From Ramazzottius varieornatus (taxonomy: Eukaryota > Animalia > Tardigrada), in NCBI GenBank assembly GCA_001949185.1, contig BDGG01000014.1, positions 124,001 to 188,000 on the forward strand: DNA of 64,000 nt, read 5' to 3'. The notes under the pieces are model-generated. The model had not been told where the DNA came from, did no database searches, and was given only the letters and a program-made list of their open reading frames with translations. This document shows, in pieces, positions 37,801-51,345 of this stretch. The stretch's first letter is position 1; every line of letters begins with the position of its first letter. The translations under genes and the position numbers were made by a program.

Positions 37801-38455
37801 CGGATTAAGAAAGGTTCGCGACGACTTTGTGCAACAAACGGACCATCTTCAGCGCAAGGTTGTCCACCAGACTGCAGCGGCGCAGATCCTTCTGGAATCT
37901 ATCAACGTGGATAATGCTAGAATTGCTCGGAAACAACTTTTAGTTCAGCGGAAAGAGTTGAGAGAAAAGATCGACACGGTGGCTAATATCAGTGATCGCA
38001 TGTCGTCGAACGAAGTTTACGCCAATTTTCAGAAGCTGGATGAAGTTCAAGCGTTTACGGGTGGCTTGACTGTCATTGGGGTAAACGTGGCCGAGGTTGA
38101 TCGTAATTCGCGAGCATCGACGTTACAACATAGAACACCGAGACGCTTCGCCCACGGTGAACTCCACGACAATGTAGCGGTGGCCGAATATGAAGAGCCA
38201 AGTGTTACAGTGACGGTGTCAGAGAACTTGTGGGATACGGGCTTGAGACCTGGGTTTTTGATCAAAGAGAACCCCTCAGAGGCTTCGAGTCGAAGTGGTA
38301 GTCCTTATAACAAGGGTACGGAGTTGTTTATGGAGCCGCCGATGAACATGGCGGAAGAGACTGGGCGAGAAAGACTGTTGCAGATACAAAGCCGGGAACT
38401 TCCGAATGATGCGAACTGGGAAAATGATGTGGCTTGTGCGAGCCATTTTTGCTAA
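34874..38455 (+). CDS. Coiled-coil protein (CCDC83/DUF4515-like, tentative); exons 34874-35356 and 37004-38455
   Basis: ~480-codon open exon with poly-Lys, EAYLNYQI and long heptad E/K/Q/R stretch; phase-0 join AAG|gtattc..tttacag|AGT to the upstream ORF. Confidence 0.65.
35626..35746. repeat. Palindromic MITE in intron
   Basis: tgaacttcgcgaag.acg.catcatacgcg / cgcgtatgatg.cgt.cttcgcgaagttca. Confidence 0.6.
36841..36912 (+). tRNA. tRNA-Glu(CTC)
   Basis: Acceptor TCCCAAA/TTTGGGA, D arm GGTCTAGTGGTTAGGATT, anticodon arm CCGCC-CT-CTC-AC-GGCGG, T arm CGGGG-TTCGATT-CCCCG. Confidence 0.96.
36916..36920 (+). terminator. Pol III terminator of the tRNA
   Basis: T5 run 4 nt downstream of the discriminator base. 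Confidence 0.75.
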
Positions 38456-38589
38456 TCAAAAAGATGCAGTTTGCGTACTTATGATTTTGATTCATGAACA
38501 CGATTGAATGAATTTGAGTGGTGAGAATCATTGCCTTTGTTCTTAAAGTACGTTCGAATCTTATACGCGTTAAAAGGAATACACGCGCT

Positions 38590-38726
38590 AGGCCTAATTA
38601 TTAGCCGGGACGAGATTTTTGGCCACAGGCGGAAAGCGGCATCTCTCGGCTAAACCGACAATCAGTCGAAGCGTTGCCGCTTTCGGCCGCTTGCCTAAAA
38701 CTTCTCCCGGCCAATAACTAGGCCAG
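38590..38726. repeat. Palindromic MITE
   Basis: ggccta.ttatt.gccggga / tcccggc.aataa.taggcc inverted ends. Confidence 0.55.
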
Positions 38727-39339
38727 ATGTCTGTAGTGCTTGCTGCGAACAACTCTTACGAAGTAAAATGAATTTACGGTAAACAGTGTAACGGGGAAAC
38801 TATGTACAGTATGAAACCGGTGTTGTTTGCTGCAGGCTGCGCAGAAAACGATCGATTGAAATCGTTATCTACTGTAGTTTGCAGCTGATCAAAGCAATAC
38901 TCTGTTTGAGAAATTAGCACAGGTAATCTTCACTACTTGCTCGGAGTGACAAGCATGTTTAGTGGGTCATCGTGGATATAAGTAAAATTCCTGGCTCGAT
39001 GTGGAATGCTAGTTGCACGAGGAACACAGTCGAAATCGAGGTTTGTGGCTTTAATCGCGAAGAGCGTACCGCATGGATTTTACTATTACTAGCTAGTGGC
39101 GCCGACCACTGGGAAGGCCGAGCGAACGCGATAAGAACCAAGCGAGGAAACAAATGAGGGGGATGACGGGTCAGGTTTTCTGACCCCTGAACCCTCTTCC
39201 CCCTTCATCCTCTCCCTATCCGGGCTGTCACCTTCCCTCAATGGACCCTCATCGCCATTCGCTTTGCGAGACCGTAGCGCGGATGAAGAGCGGAGCGGTG
39301 CCCTCATGTCCGCCGGAGTCGACTGAGTGGTATTACGAT

Positions 39340-39655
39340 TAGAGATTTGTTATCACCCGCATCAAGTTGCGCATCTGTTTTGGGTACAGAGATTGCGATT
39401 TCGGAAAGCTTCATCATTTGCGACATCGATTGAAATCGTGACAGACTTAAAAGGGCCGAGCGAAGCGAGGCCTGATGAGGTTGTAAAATCAGGAAATCAA
39501 CAAAATTTGGTTCAGGAACTCCAAAACGAATTTCCGGATGGTTCCGACGACATCTCACCCGTGCATCATGATGCAACAGAAGAAGAAAGCATTATGATGA
39601 TCTCCAAACAGATCGAACGGGAGTCTGCGCATGTGGACATGTTATTCGGGGTACA
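39340..39655 (+). pseudogene. Degenerate 5' relic of a DHRS11-like SDR
   Basis: ELQNEFPDGSDDISPVHHDATEEESIMMISKQIERESAHVDMLF aligns to exon 2 of the neighbouring SDRs; Gly-rich motif eroded. Confidence 0.65.
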
Positions 39656-40790
39656 TCTTCGATTTGTTTCCTGGTTCGCGCTATCGATGTTTGCCAGTTG
39701 TTTGAATGACAAGATTTCAAGCTTGTCACGTGACCGTTTAGCGTGAAGGTGGCGTTGCCGATGATTTAGGTAGATTTGTCCTTTTTGATTCGATTAAGGC
39801 ATTGATCACGTGACGCTACCATGCTATTAACAACACGAATTCGTTACACAGTCCGGTTGCTCGAAATCTGGTACCTGATTTTCCGATTTCAAAACAAAAA
39901 AATCATGCAAGCTAATGCGCGCCATACCGACGCAGCCGGTCCACATGCGAGTTGAGTACTTAATCACACCAGTAAAACTACGGCGTGATGTATGTGTTAT
40001 GTAATTTCGGCCTTGGCTTGTCATGCTGTACAGGCTTGATTAAGAGGCTGTCTGGAGCGGTCTCCCAAACCATCGAAGGCAATTCCACAGACGTTTAGTC
40101 CGAACTAGTCTTGCGCATAACTGGTAAAGTGAAAGTACAGTCGCTTTCTTCTGGACAATTAGACGAGTCAGCAAGGCCCCTAGGCCCCCAAATGCGAAAC
40201 AAACTACGCGCTCCGTATCCCATCCCTCATCGAACTGCAGCGGCTTCGCCGCCTCCGTGCTCTGGAGCAGCCACTGTAGTCTCAGATACGTCCACCCAAG
40301 CGCAGAGTAGCTGGAGACACACGCAGTTTGCAATAGTACTCACATCAGGGGGCTGCGCACCCTGAACGTGGGTTGGTGTTTTTGTCATGGATCTGGATTT
40401 CCGGTCAGCAGATCTTTGGTCTGCTTTCTGGGGGGTGGTACAAGCATCAATATTGTTTACGACATTTTTCAAAGTAGGTTTGACCGATTTATTTTCGTAG
40501 GCGGAAGAAACGTTACAAAGTTTCCTTTCCCGTGCATTCTTAAGCCTTAAATTTCGGCTTTATTGATTGTTATTCAGAATATGATCGGCAGACTAGCCCG
40601 AAGCACAAGCAAAGTCGCAATGGAACTCGCAATCTGTGTTGTCTGTTCTTACCTAGGACACCCGTCGAACTGCTTCCGTCGAGCCACGCATTTCAATTCA
40701 TACATTAGCTGCTTGAGGGTTTCGCTCGTTTGCTAATTGCTCATTTCTTCACTCCCATAAAAGATTTGCAATCTTTTCTCGACTTTTACG

Positions 40791-42137
40791 ATGGAACGTT
40801 GGCGAGGAAGAACAGCTCTAGTAACGGGAGCTTCAACAGGAATCGGATTCGCCATCGCGGAAGCGTTAGCTCGTGGCGGGATGCGCGTCATTGCCTGTGC
40901 CCGCAACATTGGCGGAATAGAGGTTAGTATACTCACAAAGACCTTTTTTCTGTTAGTATTTCATCAAACCTTTGATACCAAAAGAATTAAAAAAAAATCA
41001 CTTTTAAGCCTTCTAAATTTGTGCAGGAACTGAAAAGTGCGCTGAACGGCTGCAGTAACAACGTCACTGCATTTCCGTGTGACCTTACTCAGGAAGACAG
41101 CATACTGAACATGTTCAAGGAAATCAAGGAGCGCTTTGGGTACGTCGATATTCTGGTCAACAATGCAGGAACTCTGAACTTCGCATCGATAAGTGAGGGA
41201 GAAACCGCCAGCTGGAGACAAATGTTCGAGGTACGCTCGTAGAAAGGATAGTACCCATCCCTACAACCCTAACCAAGGATAAAGTGGGCGCACGACAATA
41301 AAAAAAGGGCGACTTGGTAGACCACAAAGGCCAAAAACGATACTTCAGAATGGGTGCTTGCGGTAGAATTCGTCAAAGAAAAACATGGGGGGTTTCCGGC
41401 GTGGAAGCTGCAAGGGCGAATTGAAGGAGGCGTGGTGCAAGTCACCATTTTCTGTTTGCCATCAGATAGAATTAAGCTCCGCTCTTTGCACTTAAGTACT
41501 CAACGGCCTGCCAAGTCTCCATTTTCTTCTGGCATCCACTCAACTGCAGGTACGAAAGGACCCATACAAAAAAGGTTTTGGTTTTTTTCCAGTTGAACGT
41601 TCTTGGACTGACAATCTGCTCGCGCGAAGCTCTGCAACTAATGTACGCTAATGGCGTCGACGATGGCCACATAATCAACATCAACAGGTACAACGCTTCA
41701 GTGGTTTCTTTCTGCTCGTGAATATCTAGATATCAAAGAAACGATTTCAGTGTTGCCGGACATTACATATCGGGATACCCCGCAACAAATTTCTACACAG
41801 CCACTAAGCACATGGTTACCGCTCTGACGAAAACCCTCAACACGGAACTGCGACAGAGAAAGACCAAAATACGGGTCACTGTAAGTCACAGAATGTTTTC
41901 TTTTCACTGTGCGATACTTTCAGAACTTTGATTATACTTTAGAGTATCAGTCCAGGTCTAACGGACACCCCTCTAAAACATCGGATGGGCGCGGCCAACC
42001 CCGCATTCAAAGTCGACAAAGCGAACGTTCTTCAGGCTAAAGATGTCGCCGATGCTGTGATGTACGTTATCGCATGCCCACCACATGTCAATGTTCGCGA
42101 GCTGACTATTGCCCACATCGGCTTTTCCGGCTGCTAA
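40791..42137 (+). CDS. DHRS11-like / farnesol-dehydrogenase-like short-chain dehydrogenase; five exons
   Basis: MERWRGRTALVTGASTGIG, DILVNNAG, DDGHIININS, FYTATKH (YxxxK), SISPG, PPHVNVREL. Confidence 0.92.
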
Positions 42138-42288
42138 GTCTGCAAGCTTTCAAAGGTGCGCGGAACTTCCGGTACGACCTTCCGTTCACAGGCCAAGGTC
42201 GGCCGAACCTATCCCCCAGGGCGTATGTTATTGCTTTCTCGTGCACCGCTTTATAAGCACGTTGTTCATTTCTTGCGACGTGACAATA

Positions 42289-43466
42289 CAGTCCGGTCGT
42301 TCGAGAAGTAGACATCCTTCTTCCATTTTTATTCTTCACCAGTCAAACATTAACCGTACAGCTTGCCAGAAACAGAAGAGGGTGACGTCAAGAGTCCACT
42401 AACAATCAATACGAAAGAAAATCAACACTTCTTTTCCACCATGTGAAAAGCGCCAGATTTTCGAAAGCAATTTCGTGTAGTCGAGCCGTCAACATCTGAC
42501 CATCCCTTCACAATCCACTTAACCGAATGCAAGGCCGTAAGGGACTTCTTGTACTCCTCGAGGTTTTAAAAGTTCTTTCTCTTTGCTCGGCGATGTTCGG
42601 CCTTCGCAGCGCTTTCGCGTGACTGAAAGGCTTTGATTATTCCTTGATCAAGCGGTTGAATTCTGCTACTCTGTTTCGGAAGCCAGAAAACGAGCTTCAC
42701 GTGGGATAGACTGTCGACCTTATGACCTGATGCGTTGTCCAGCCAAAGCAGAATCTTACGAATCTGTTTTTTCATTTTCTCGTTGAGTTCTGTTAGCCAG
42801 AGAGCAAAGACAACCCCCGTTATCCAGGCCTTTTTGTTGCTCGCCCAGGTACAGCCCGCTGTTTTAAAGTCCAGTTTTGCCTTAGTAAAGGCATGCGGCT
42901 TCTTGGATCGGCCAATGATGAGAGGAGGGAGCTTTTCGCCAGACGCACTGCAGCAAAACATGACTGATATCCGCGAAGGGTAGAGTTCCAGTATCCTCCG
43001 CTTTTCACTCAATGTATGCCTATCGCGTGTTCTTCCTTCACCGACAACATCGAGTTCGATAGTAGGATGAGAAACAGGCCACTTCTGTGGTAAGCGAGTT
43101 CCGTTTGCTGGATACAGGGATCTGTCGGTTGCAAGGCTCCACCGGAAGTGCCTTTCGTTGTTCGATGATTATACGCAAGATATAATCCATTGAACCTCTG
43201 TCTGTCGAACGGATCCTCAATCTTGAAATGTCTGGCTGAATCTCCAATGCTCGTTTGATAAAGACGCGGTGCGATAAGCAGGAGAATGTTCGGAACTTTT
43301 AGCAGAGAAAAGAAGCGTGAGCAACAGGCTGCTTCTGTTGCGTGAATGAACTAACGAACAATAAATCAAAAGTGCTTATGGTGAGCACTCTTGTGCTTTC
43401 CGCAATTTCGCAATTTTGCAATTTTGAAATCGAAAAATGGTGTCCACTTCTCGAGCGACCGGACTG
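42289..43466 (-). mobile_element. Tigger/pogo transposon, internally deleted, with DDE_1 transposase fragment (42566-43012)
   Basis: RISVMFCCSASGEKLPPLIIG, NKKAWIT, LLWLDNASGH, IQPLDQGIIKAF; 26-bp TIR CAGTCCGGTCG.TCGAGAAGT.GACA with TA TSD. Confidence 0.92.
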
Positions 43467-45509
43467 TATCGGCATTATACAGTACTGGCTGAGAAAAGAT
43501 TGTATTATTACCCCGCTAACCTCGACAGACATGTCAGAGAATGAAGTCACCTTCCAATTACCAAAACTCGAGCAACGCAGAAGCGAAAATTGCGGACCAC
43601 ATAGGTATGGTGAAACTGGTCTATTCGGACAAAAAAAACGAGGAAAAATGAATGTTAACCAAGTCTCAAAATTATAAAAGCATCTGCTGAGGACGAAGCT
43701 GGTTATGGATCATTTTGATGAGTAATTATGGCCGTTAACGTTGTTGGTACTTTCGGTTTGACAGAGGGAAAAGAATTCATTACCACGGGCTCCTCATGCA
43801 ATGAGTCCATCATGTACGGTTGGTATACTTTCCGGAGCATTTGTCAATAGCAACCAATCTGTTAAGCTAACCCGAAAGCCGTCCGTGGTCACAAAAAAAT
43901 ATCCCACCAGCGCTAGGCCGAGTCGATGCTTCTACAGCGTTTTGTTACACTTCAAACTCTGTTCGTATGGCTGGAGTCATGCATGATGGTACGAAATCTT
44001 GATCACGTGCACCACCTTAAATCTACAGAAGCTGAGGTCCCAAAAATAGTTCGATCTTCTAGGCTGGATTTCGGACTGGCGATTCAAAACGCGAGGTTTC
44101 GAAACGCTTGATGCCTGTGCTGGCTGACGTAGAAGAGCACAAACCAGATCGCTTGATCGCTCAGGCTGATAGCAGCTCGCGATAGCTATAGTGACATGCC
44201 GAATGGGTTGCGGTAAAGTGTCAAGTCCAGCGGCGGCCATACAAAATATTTTGCCGGGAAAGATGTACCGAGATGTACGCCCTGTGGATGACGTAATTTT
44301 TAAGTACAGGTAAAATCTGATGACCCCACCTGCTGAAAGTTCCAGTTTTGAGTTTTGGCCTTTATGTGAAAACTTCATCCACGGGATACGCACAATCCGA
44401 AACATAAACATTTTTTGTTTGAGGAAGAATGCAGACAAGGAGCCCCCCGAAAAGAAACTGACCAAGATGGTCTCTGCCTTCGGACGTCACGATGAACTCA
44501 TCCCTGGGACCATGTACAAGCGAATAGTGTAGTGAAAAAAACAAAATGTAGAAAGTGGATTATTATGTTGGATTAAGCTACAGGTAAAACATCACCGACA
44601 TCAGCAACATCAAAAGAGTCCCTCTCATCTGCCAGTTCTTTGTTGGTCGACACCACGCCCTGACCGCTTTCTAAGTCGTTCAGATGAACATTAGAGGCGG
44701 TCGAGGCTGCAGGAGTCTGAGCGGTCTCATCGGGAAAACCATCTCTTGTACCATTCAACGACAGTTGTGTGGTCTATAACGATGTCTCGATACAAGTGCA
44801 CCAATGTCTACCAGTTCAGTCGGGAGGTCAACATGGTACTGCGCAAGTACGTTTTCTCTCGGTTCAGTACTGAAACGACATCGTTTGGCCACAGCCAGCC
44901 CGTCTAGACTTGTGGACAACCAGGGCCTAACGGGTTCTTCACGCTCAATCGCCCATTGCATAACAGTCGTTCTGTGACGAATGCAGCTCGTTAAAACGCG
45001 TCTGACGAACGTAGCTTTCAAATTCGATTGAGAGGGTTTCGGAGGCTTTCAAACATATTACTGTAATGAAGTCACCAGCTTAGTTTTATGGTCTGCCCAA
45101 ATGCACGTTACGGCTATACTTTCCGTCTTCTAGATGGACCGATTGCACTAAGTCCGCTGGTGCAAAGCAATCACTTGTGCCAGACCGGTACTTGTAATGC
45201 GCAGCGACAGCAATCGATATCGTGTTTGGGTGAGGTCTATGCTGCTGGTGACTGCGGTTGTAGAACATGACGCACTAGACCTCGAGCATCTCCCGTATCG
45301 CATAAAACCAAATTCGAAAAGTTAATTTTTCCCACCTAGTTACGTCATCATACTCGTACTCCACTTTAAAATTTACGTCATCGACAGATCATACTTTTGC
45401 CATACTCGCTGTCTGTCCCGGCAAATATATTGCATTGGCCACGACTGGTCAAGTCAGACGGCTGCATGTCGAGCCCTTCCTGGTCCTCGCTCAGTAACGA
45501 GGATATATA

Positions 45510-46203
45510 CACGCAAGACGAGAAATTATGGTACAGCAAAAATCATGGGATAGGTGGAAGGACGGCAAAATGGACATTCGAGTGTAGTAAAGTGTCGAAA
45601 AATGTTTTACTGTGAATCGGTCGCGTACGTGCTTCCGTACCGCCGTAGCAAAAAGGCTTGTACTAGAGCTCGGAGCAGCGTGAAAAATCGACGCTGTGGA
45701 TGGTTTTTCGTTTTTGCTACAAATCCATGCTGTCTTCACACTGCGAAGCTTATGGTTCGGTGCACGGCTTCATGCTGTGACGCCAAAACTGAGACACCAC
45801 GCTGTACCACGCGGCGAACGTATTTTTATAAAATTTTTTAGAATTGCATTTCAGGAAAAGCAGGTCACCAAAATCATCTTCTTCTGAAGCACGTTCTCTT
45901 ATTGGGGAACACGTTCGCAGGATCGCTGAACATTCTTTTAGATACAGGCGTACTCGGGGCTCGTATACAGACCTCGTTGCTAGTGCACGTAGCTTTTAAC
46001 TACGCGGTGGAAAGCTAAGTCAGTCACCTGCGCGGGCTGTTGCGGGCTGATATCCGTGCTATGCTGCGCTGATCTACACCTACTGCCTGTGGTATTCGCC
46101 CTGATCCACGCGGAGCGAGCCGCGTGGTACCGCGTGACCACGCTGCTACCAGCTCTGGCCTGTACCATAAGTTTTACTGTACCGTGATTTCTTGTCCTGC
46201 GTG
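45510..46203. mobile_element. Longer (~0.7 kb) member of Tc1-like family A
   Basis: TIR CACGCA.GAC.AGAAAT.A.GGTACAG.AAAA, TA TSD, shared core gtcgcgtacgtgcttccgtaccgccg. Confidence 0.8.
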
Positions 46204-47151
46204 TACTCTTCTTAATTGGCCTGTGGCCACATGCCGTCCTTCGAAGGCACAGGCAATGTTGCACCGTTGTATAGCACTGGTTTGATACGGCCAAAGGACG
46301 TACGGCCTCGCGTCGGAAATAGACGAACAGTTCTACACCGGGTCGCTACAGTCCCAATCTCCCAGTGCGCAAGAGGCCGGCAGTTGTACTACTAATAATA
46401 AATCACGAAGGCGCGTGTGACTCGACTGAATACTGATTGAGCCCATAGCAGTAACAGGTGTTTCGACATAATCTGCGGGATCCGGAACGAACGAATCCCA
46501 TACATCGAGTTTCCTCGTCACTTTTGACAATATTTTACGCTTTACCAGTTTTAGCTTTACAATTCTTGGATTTTCTATATTTTTTACAATTTTTCAGCTG
46601 TATTGGCGATCACTTCCAACTAAGTGATTGTGTTTCCGGCAATACAGCTACCCACTTAAGGCAAAGCGAGATGGCGCCAGCTGTGGCGTGAAGCAAAGTG
46701 GCGCCATCACAGGAACTTCCAAGCCATCAGACTTGGGGTCGCTCGCTGTGACGCGGAAACCTCAGGTGTGGTCTGTTCAAAGGACTGCAACGAGTTCAAT
46801 CAGACCAGGAAAGGCAAACCATTCTTCTCGGAAAGCCTACGAGCTAAGTATGCGCGGTTTACGGCCCCGACTTCAATAGGCGGAAAATGTCAATGCCTTC
46901 AAGTCGTCCTGAAAGCTGACAGGCGAAGTGACATAGAACTGGTTACATAAGCTTACTGATAATAGCCGTCAAACGGCGCACAGCTGTTACCACACGCTGA
47001 ATCTAGTGCAGACAATCGACAGCGTGCTCCTTGCCGTTCGTGTGATCTTTGGCCGGACGAGACTCTCTTTTGTTACCAGACGTTATCAGCTGAAACCGCT
47101 CATTCTTTTCCGCAATTTACTGTTTCTTCCTACTCGCTCTTCTTCTGGAAG

Positions 47152-48598
47152 ATGGAACGTTGGCGAGGAAGAGTGGCGTTGGTCACGGGAGCGTCGGCGG
47201 GCATTGGTTATGCCATTGCGGAAGCATTAGCTCGTAGTGAAATGCGAGTGATTGCCTGTGCTCGGAATATTGGCGAGATTCAGGTATTCAAACTGTTCCA
47301 AATGAAGATAAGCAGCATTTTTGCAGATTTAATAGTTCTTTTGTTTTCTCGAAACTCCAAAATGGCTTGCCTGATGGATCAAACGACATTACAGCTATCC
47401 AGGCTGATCTTACGAACGAGGAAAGCATCTTAAAATCATTCCGGGAGATCGAGCTGAAATTCGCCCATGTGGATGTCTTGGTGAACAATGCCGGCTGTCT
47501 CGATATCGCCCCTCTGAGCTGCGGGAAGACGGAGAGCTGGAGACAAATGCTTGACGTACTGTATTACCTCTAAAGTTTCACGCAGTCACGTGACAGGCCA
47601 GTAAATATCGCGTGGCAGGGAAAAAAACCATACTGCCATCAATCAAAAATTCCTGGCCAATCAAGCGCAGCGATGCGCCACAATCAAACAATCAGTGATA
47701 TGAGGCCCCGGGTGTATTCACTGATCTGTCACGTGACTGCGCGAAACCTTAGAGGTACCACAGTAAATTTTGATTTCTCGCTGACCACTCATTGGGACGT
47801 CGGCAAGTGATTTTAGCCAAATACATGTTTCAAGAGGCGCACGTTTATCTTATTGTTGGCTGGAAGCGTGCGCCGCTGGGAACTCGAAAAGTTCGTTTTT
47901 CCAGGTGGCGCTCGCTCTCAGCTAGTAACAATGGAAACGTGCGCCACTTGGGTAAAAGATGTGACCGAATCCATTTGGCGTCAGTCCAACCATACACATC
48001 TGTCACCATTGTGTTATGTAGCTGAACGTTCTCGGTGTTTCGATTTGCACACGAGAAGCGTTGCGCCTCATGTTCAAAGATGGTGTTGATGATGGCCATA
48101 TCATCAATATAAATAGGTACGACAACAAGTAACTTCGCACCCTCCAAAAATCCCCTGAGAAAAGCTTGCGTTGCTTTTCAGTGTTGTTGGACATTTCATT
48201 AACGACATCGCAGACACTCACTTTTACTCTGCCACAAAGCACATGATCACAGCGTTGACCAAGGCCCTCAACGCTGAACTGCGTCAAAAGAAAACAAAGA
48301 TCCGAGTGACGGTACGTCAAGCTTAAATTTTCTCCGCACTTGTTACTGCAAGATAAACCGACACTGTTCCGTATCTCAGGATGGGTTTTTTTGTTTTAAG
48401 AGTATCAGTCCGGGTATTACTGAAACACCACTGATGAGCCGATTGGGAGAAGGGAACGATAAGTTTAAAATTGGAGACTGGTCCGGGTTCTTGAAAGGGA
48501 AGGACATCGCCGACGCGGTACTCTACGTTGTCGGGGCGCCGCCTCACGTCAACATTCGCGAACTGACCATCGCCGAAATCGGTTTCGCTGGATGTTGA
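47152..48598 (+). CDS. Second DHRS11-like SDR paralogue; exon-2 acceptor appears defective
   Basis: MERWRGRVALVTGASAGIG, DVLVNNAG, DDGHIININS, FYSATKH, SISPG; acceptor at ~47350 reads ctcg rather than ctcag. Confidence 0.85.
47559..47763. mobile_element. TA-targeting MITE inserted in the SDR intron-2 donor site
   Basis: TIR ctgt..tacctctaa.gtttc.cgcagtcacgtgacag; TA at 47557-47558 and 47764-47765. Confidence 0.82.
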
Positions 48599-49972
48599 TG
48601 GATTCTCTAATCACTGTCAAACGCTGTACGAACTACCGCGTTGTCGTTACCCTCTGTCCTTTGCAATGACTTCACAACCAGATTAATCTAACCACTCGTC
48701 AACATTACTTCTATTGCGGTGTTGTTAGCCGATAGCTAGCGTGCCATCTTTTTGTCAGGCAGGTTTCGATCAAAATGCCGAATGACAAGCTAATTACATT
48801 TCACGATCTCCACGCACACCTGGTAGTAGTTAAATCGTCTGGTTGCTTCTTCATTCCATATTCAATTTCGCGGTAAATAAACTCTTTGTAGTTCCTTTGA
48901 TCGTCCTCGTACGCCTGTCATTATGAACGAGGGAGAGGAAAAACTGCTGTGGGTACCAAAGCCTCGGCTAAGATAGGGTATGACCCCACTGAAGCATCGG
49001 CCCGCAGTGGGACGTGGATGATTGCTCTTCACGCGTGACTGACAACATCCAGGACCCCAGGTGCAATTCATGAAGAACACTCTTGCAGTAACCAGTCACC
49101 AATGTCACTTTTAGATCTTTCCGGAAATGAGCCGTCTACTCAAATTCCATTATCACTGCTATACTGCGTTTTGCGACCTCACGAAGAAGACGATATTCTG
49201 AGTGTTCCAGGTTATCCAGGACCGATTCCATGATGTTAATGGGGAGGTTGATATCGAACTTGATTAGCGTAGCGAGCTTGATTTGAGCAGGAGTCAGCCA
49301 ATCAAGATGGAGCATGCGGGTGGAGCCGAATCACTTGAACTCACTACGCTAATCCATGCCTGATTCTTGATTAAGACATATGAACCGCTAATCCAGTGAG
49401 CAATGAGTTTGAGTAGCTTTTTGACCAAGCTTTTCTGCGGCTATTTCCAAGACTCTTCCCAAATTTTCAAATATCTCACAAGATATCAAAGTGAAGTACC
49501 AACTGCTGTTCTAACTGTGTCCTGACATCGCTCATGGGTTATTCGTCAAACTACACCCATAACTGCACGCTTGACTGCGGCTTTTATATCGCACAAAACA
49601 TTGGAAATTATCACTGTAACTGTGAGTGTGACTTTAGCTTTGAGAAATTATACGAAACTTCACGTTTAACTGTGGTTTTACCACAACAGACCCTGTTTCT
49701 TCGACTGCAGCTTTAACCACTTCCTCAATTTCACTTTAGCTCTAACTGAGGCTATTCTTAGAGAATAGAAGTTAATGACTGATCCCGTTCAGCTTTCAGA
49801 ACCACAACCGACAATCTCTCATACCCGTTTGCCAATTTGAATTCGAAGTTTTGTTCAGTTTGAAATCTCGATCTGAACTAATCTTCGAAAAATGGTGCTT
49901 GTTTTGCAAATGCTCCCGGAAAACTTACGCCCGGAAAACTATATAAGTGACGTTACAACTCAATCCATCTTA

Positions 49973-50745
49973 CGAGGGAACCTTCAGACCATGTCACTCG
50001 CCGATCACGATAGAAATGATTTCACGTGATAGCTGAGACTCATGACTCTCCACAAAGTATCGGAGTGAACGAATAACCACGTCCTGGCTCCACAGAAGTT
50101 CTCGAATGCGTGGCAGTCGACATTGCAGAGATAGAATTGAGAGTATGAGACTGCGTACAGTAAAGGCCAATCAATCAAGTTACTCATCAATCAAATCACA
50201 CATCAATCAAGTCACAATGTATGCTAAGATGACTCAAACGCCATGTCATTTCAGGTCATACAGGGTATGTCATCACCAAAAACGGTAAACGAAATTTGTT
50301 AAGCAACGGTCAGATTAACCTCCGGTTTCCGATCTGACAGAAACATCCTCTGTAGCATTCTTTGTAACGCTGCAATGCCTGTTAATCCTCGTAGTATCCT
50401 GAATCTGTTGGAAGATCGACTTCGTGCCTTTACGGCGATAGGAAGTGCGACGCAAGCGGCAATTAAGCTGGTGGACGTCATTGAAGGTATGACCAACACT
50501 CACATTTATCCTGCTGCTGGCTTCTCGAAGTACGAAGGAGTCAGAAATCCTGCTTTTTGGAATTAGTTCATGGTGTTTCCATATATTTTCAGTTGATAAA
50601 CCGATGTCTTCAAGAATTTCTGTGGAGCCAGAGCATGGTTATTCGCCGTTCTTCTTGATACTTTGTAGAGAGCCATGAGTCTCAGCTATCACGTGAAATC
50701 ATTTCTATCGTGATCGGTGAGTGACATGGTCTGAAGGTTCCCTCG
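49973..50745. mobile_element. mariner-like non-autonomous element with long (~140 bp) TIRs; diverged relic ~33180-33325
   Basis: (TA)CGAGGGAACCTTCAGACCATGTCACTC.CCGATCACGATAGAAATGATTTCACGTGATAGCTGAGACTCATG mirrored at 50657-50745. Confidence 0.85.
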
Positions 50746-51249
50746 TTAGCTACAGTCGGAGTTTCATCCGACGGTGGCAACTCAATCTCTGTATTCACTA
50801 CAAGGAGAACATAGCGGTTTTGTCAATGAAAAATCGCATAGCGAACTTGTAAGCTTTTAGGCCGCTTGGGGGCGACACTGTGCACGTCCTACTGCCTTAC
50901 CTACCACAACTTCATGAACCGCGACACACACGCCCCTGCGCGGACCGCTAAACACTTTTACTACTCGTTTTTCAGCATCGGAGAAACCTCTCTTCCTGTA
51001 AGACCCGTGAAGAAACTCCCTGCATTGTCCTTTTGCTGCTGAACCAGTACGGTAAGATTTCACAAGGTTTCTTCTATCTAAAGGACCAGGAAGCAAGTAA
51101 AACAGCCCAGTACTTCGTCAGATACGACGCTGACAACTTCGCCCTGCGATTTTGCATTGACAAGTCCGCTATGTTCTCCTTGTACTATTGATAGAACACT
51201 CGTCCAAGTTTCGAACCACCTCGCAAAAAATTCTTTGCACCATTTCCAC

Positions 51250-51345
51250 TTGGACTTTTTGGGAACGTCGATCGTGACACGAGAAGTCCCTTGCATTGAC
51301 GCATACATGCAAGATCGATGACGGACACATGATTTATACTCTGCT
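51250..51345 (+). pseudogene. Isolated SDR exon-3 relic
   Basis: LDFLGTSIVTREV/..KIDDGHMIY aligns to LNVLGLTICSREA..VDDGHIIN. Confidence 0.55.

Noticed and set aside
43800-45270. Several short ORFs on both strands
   Set aside because: No recognisable motifs or consistent splice model; probably decayed gene or TE sequence
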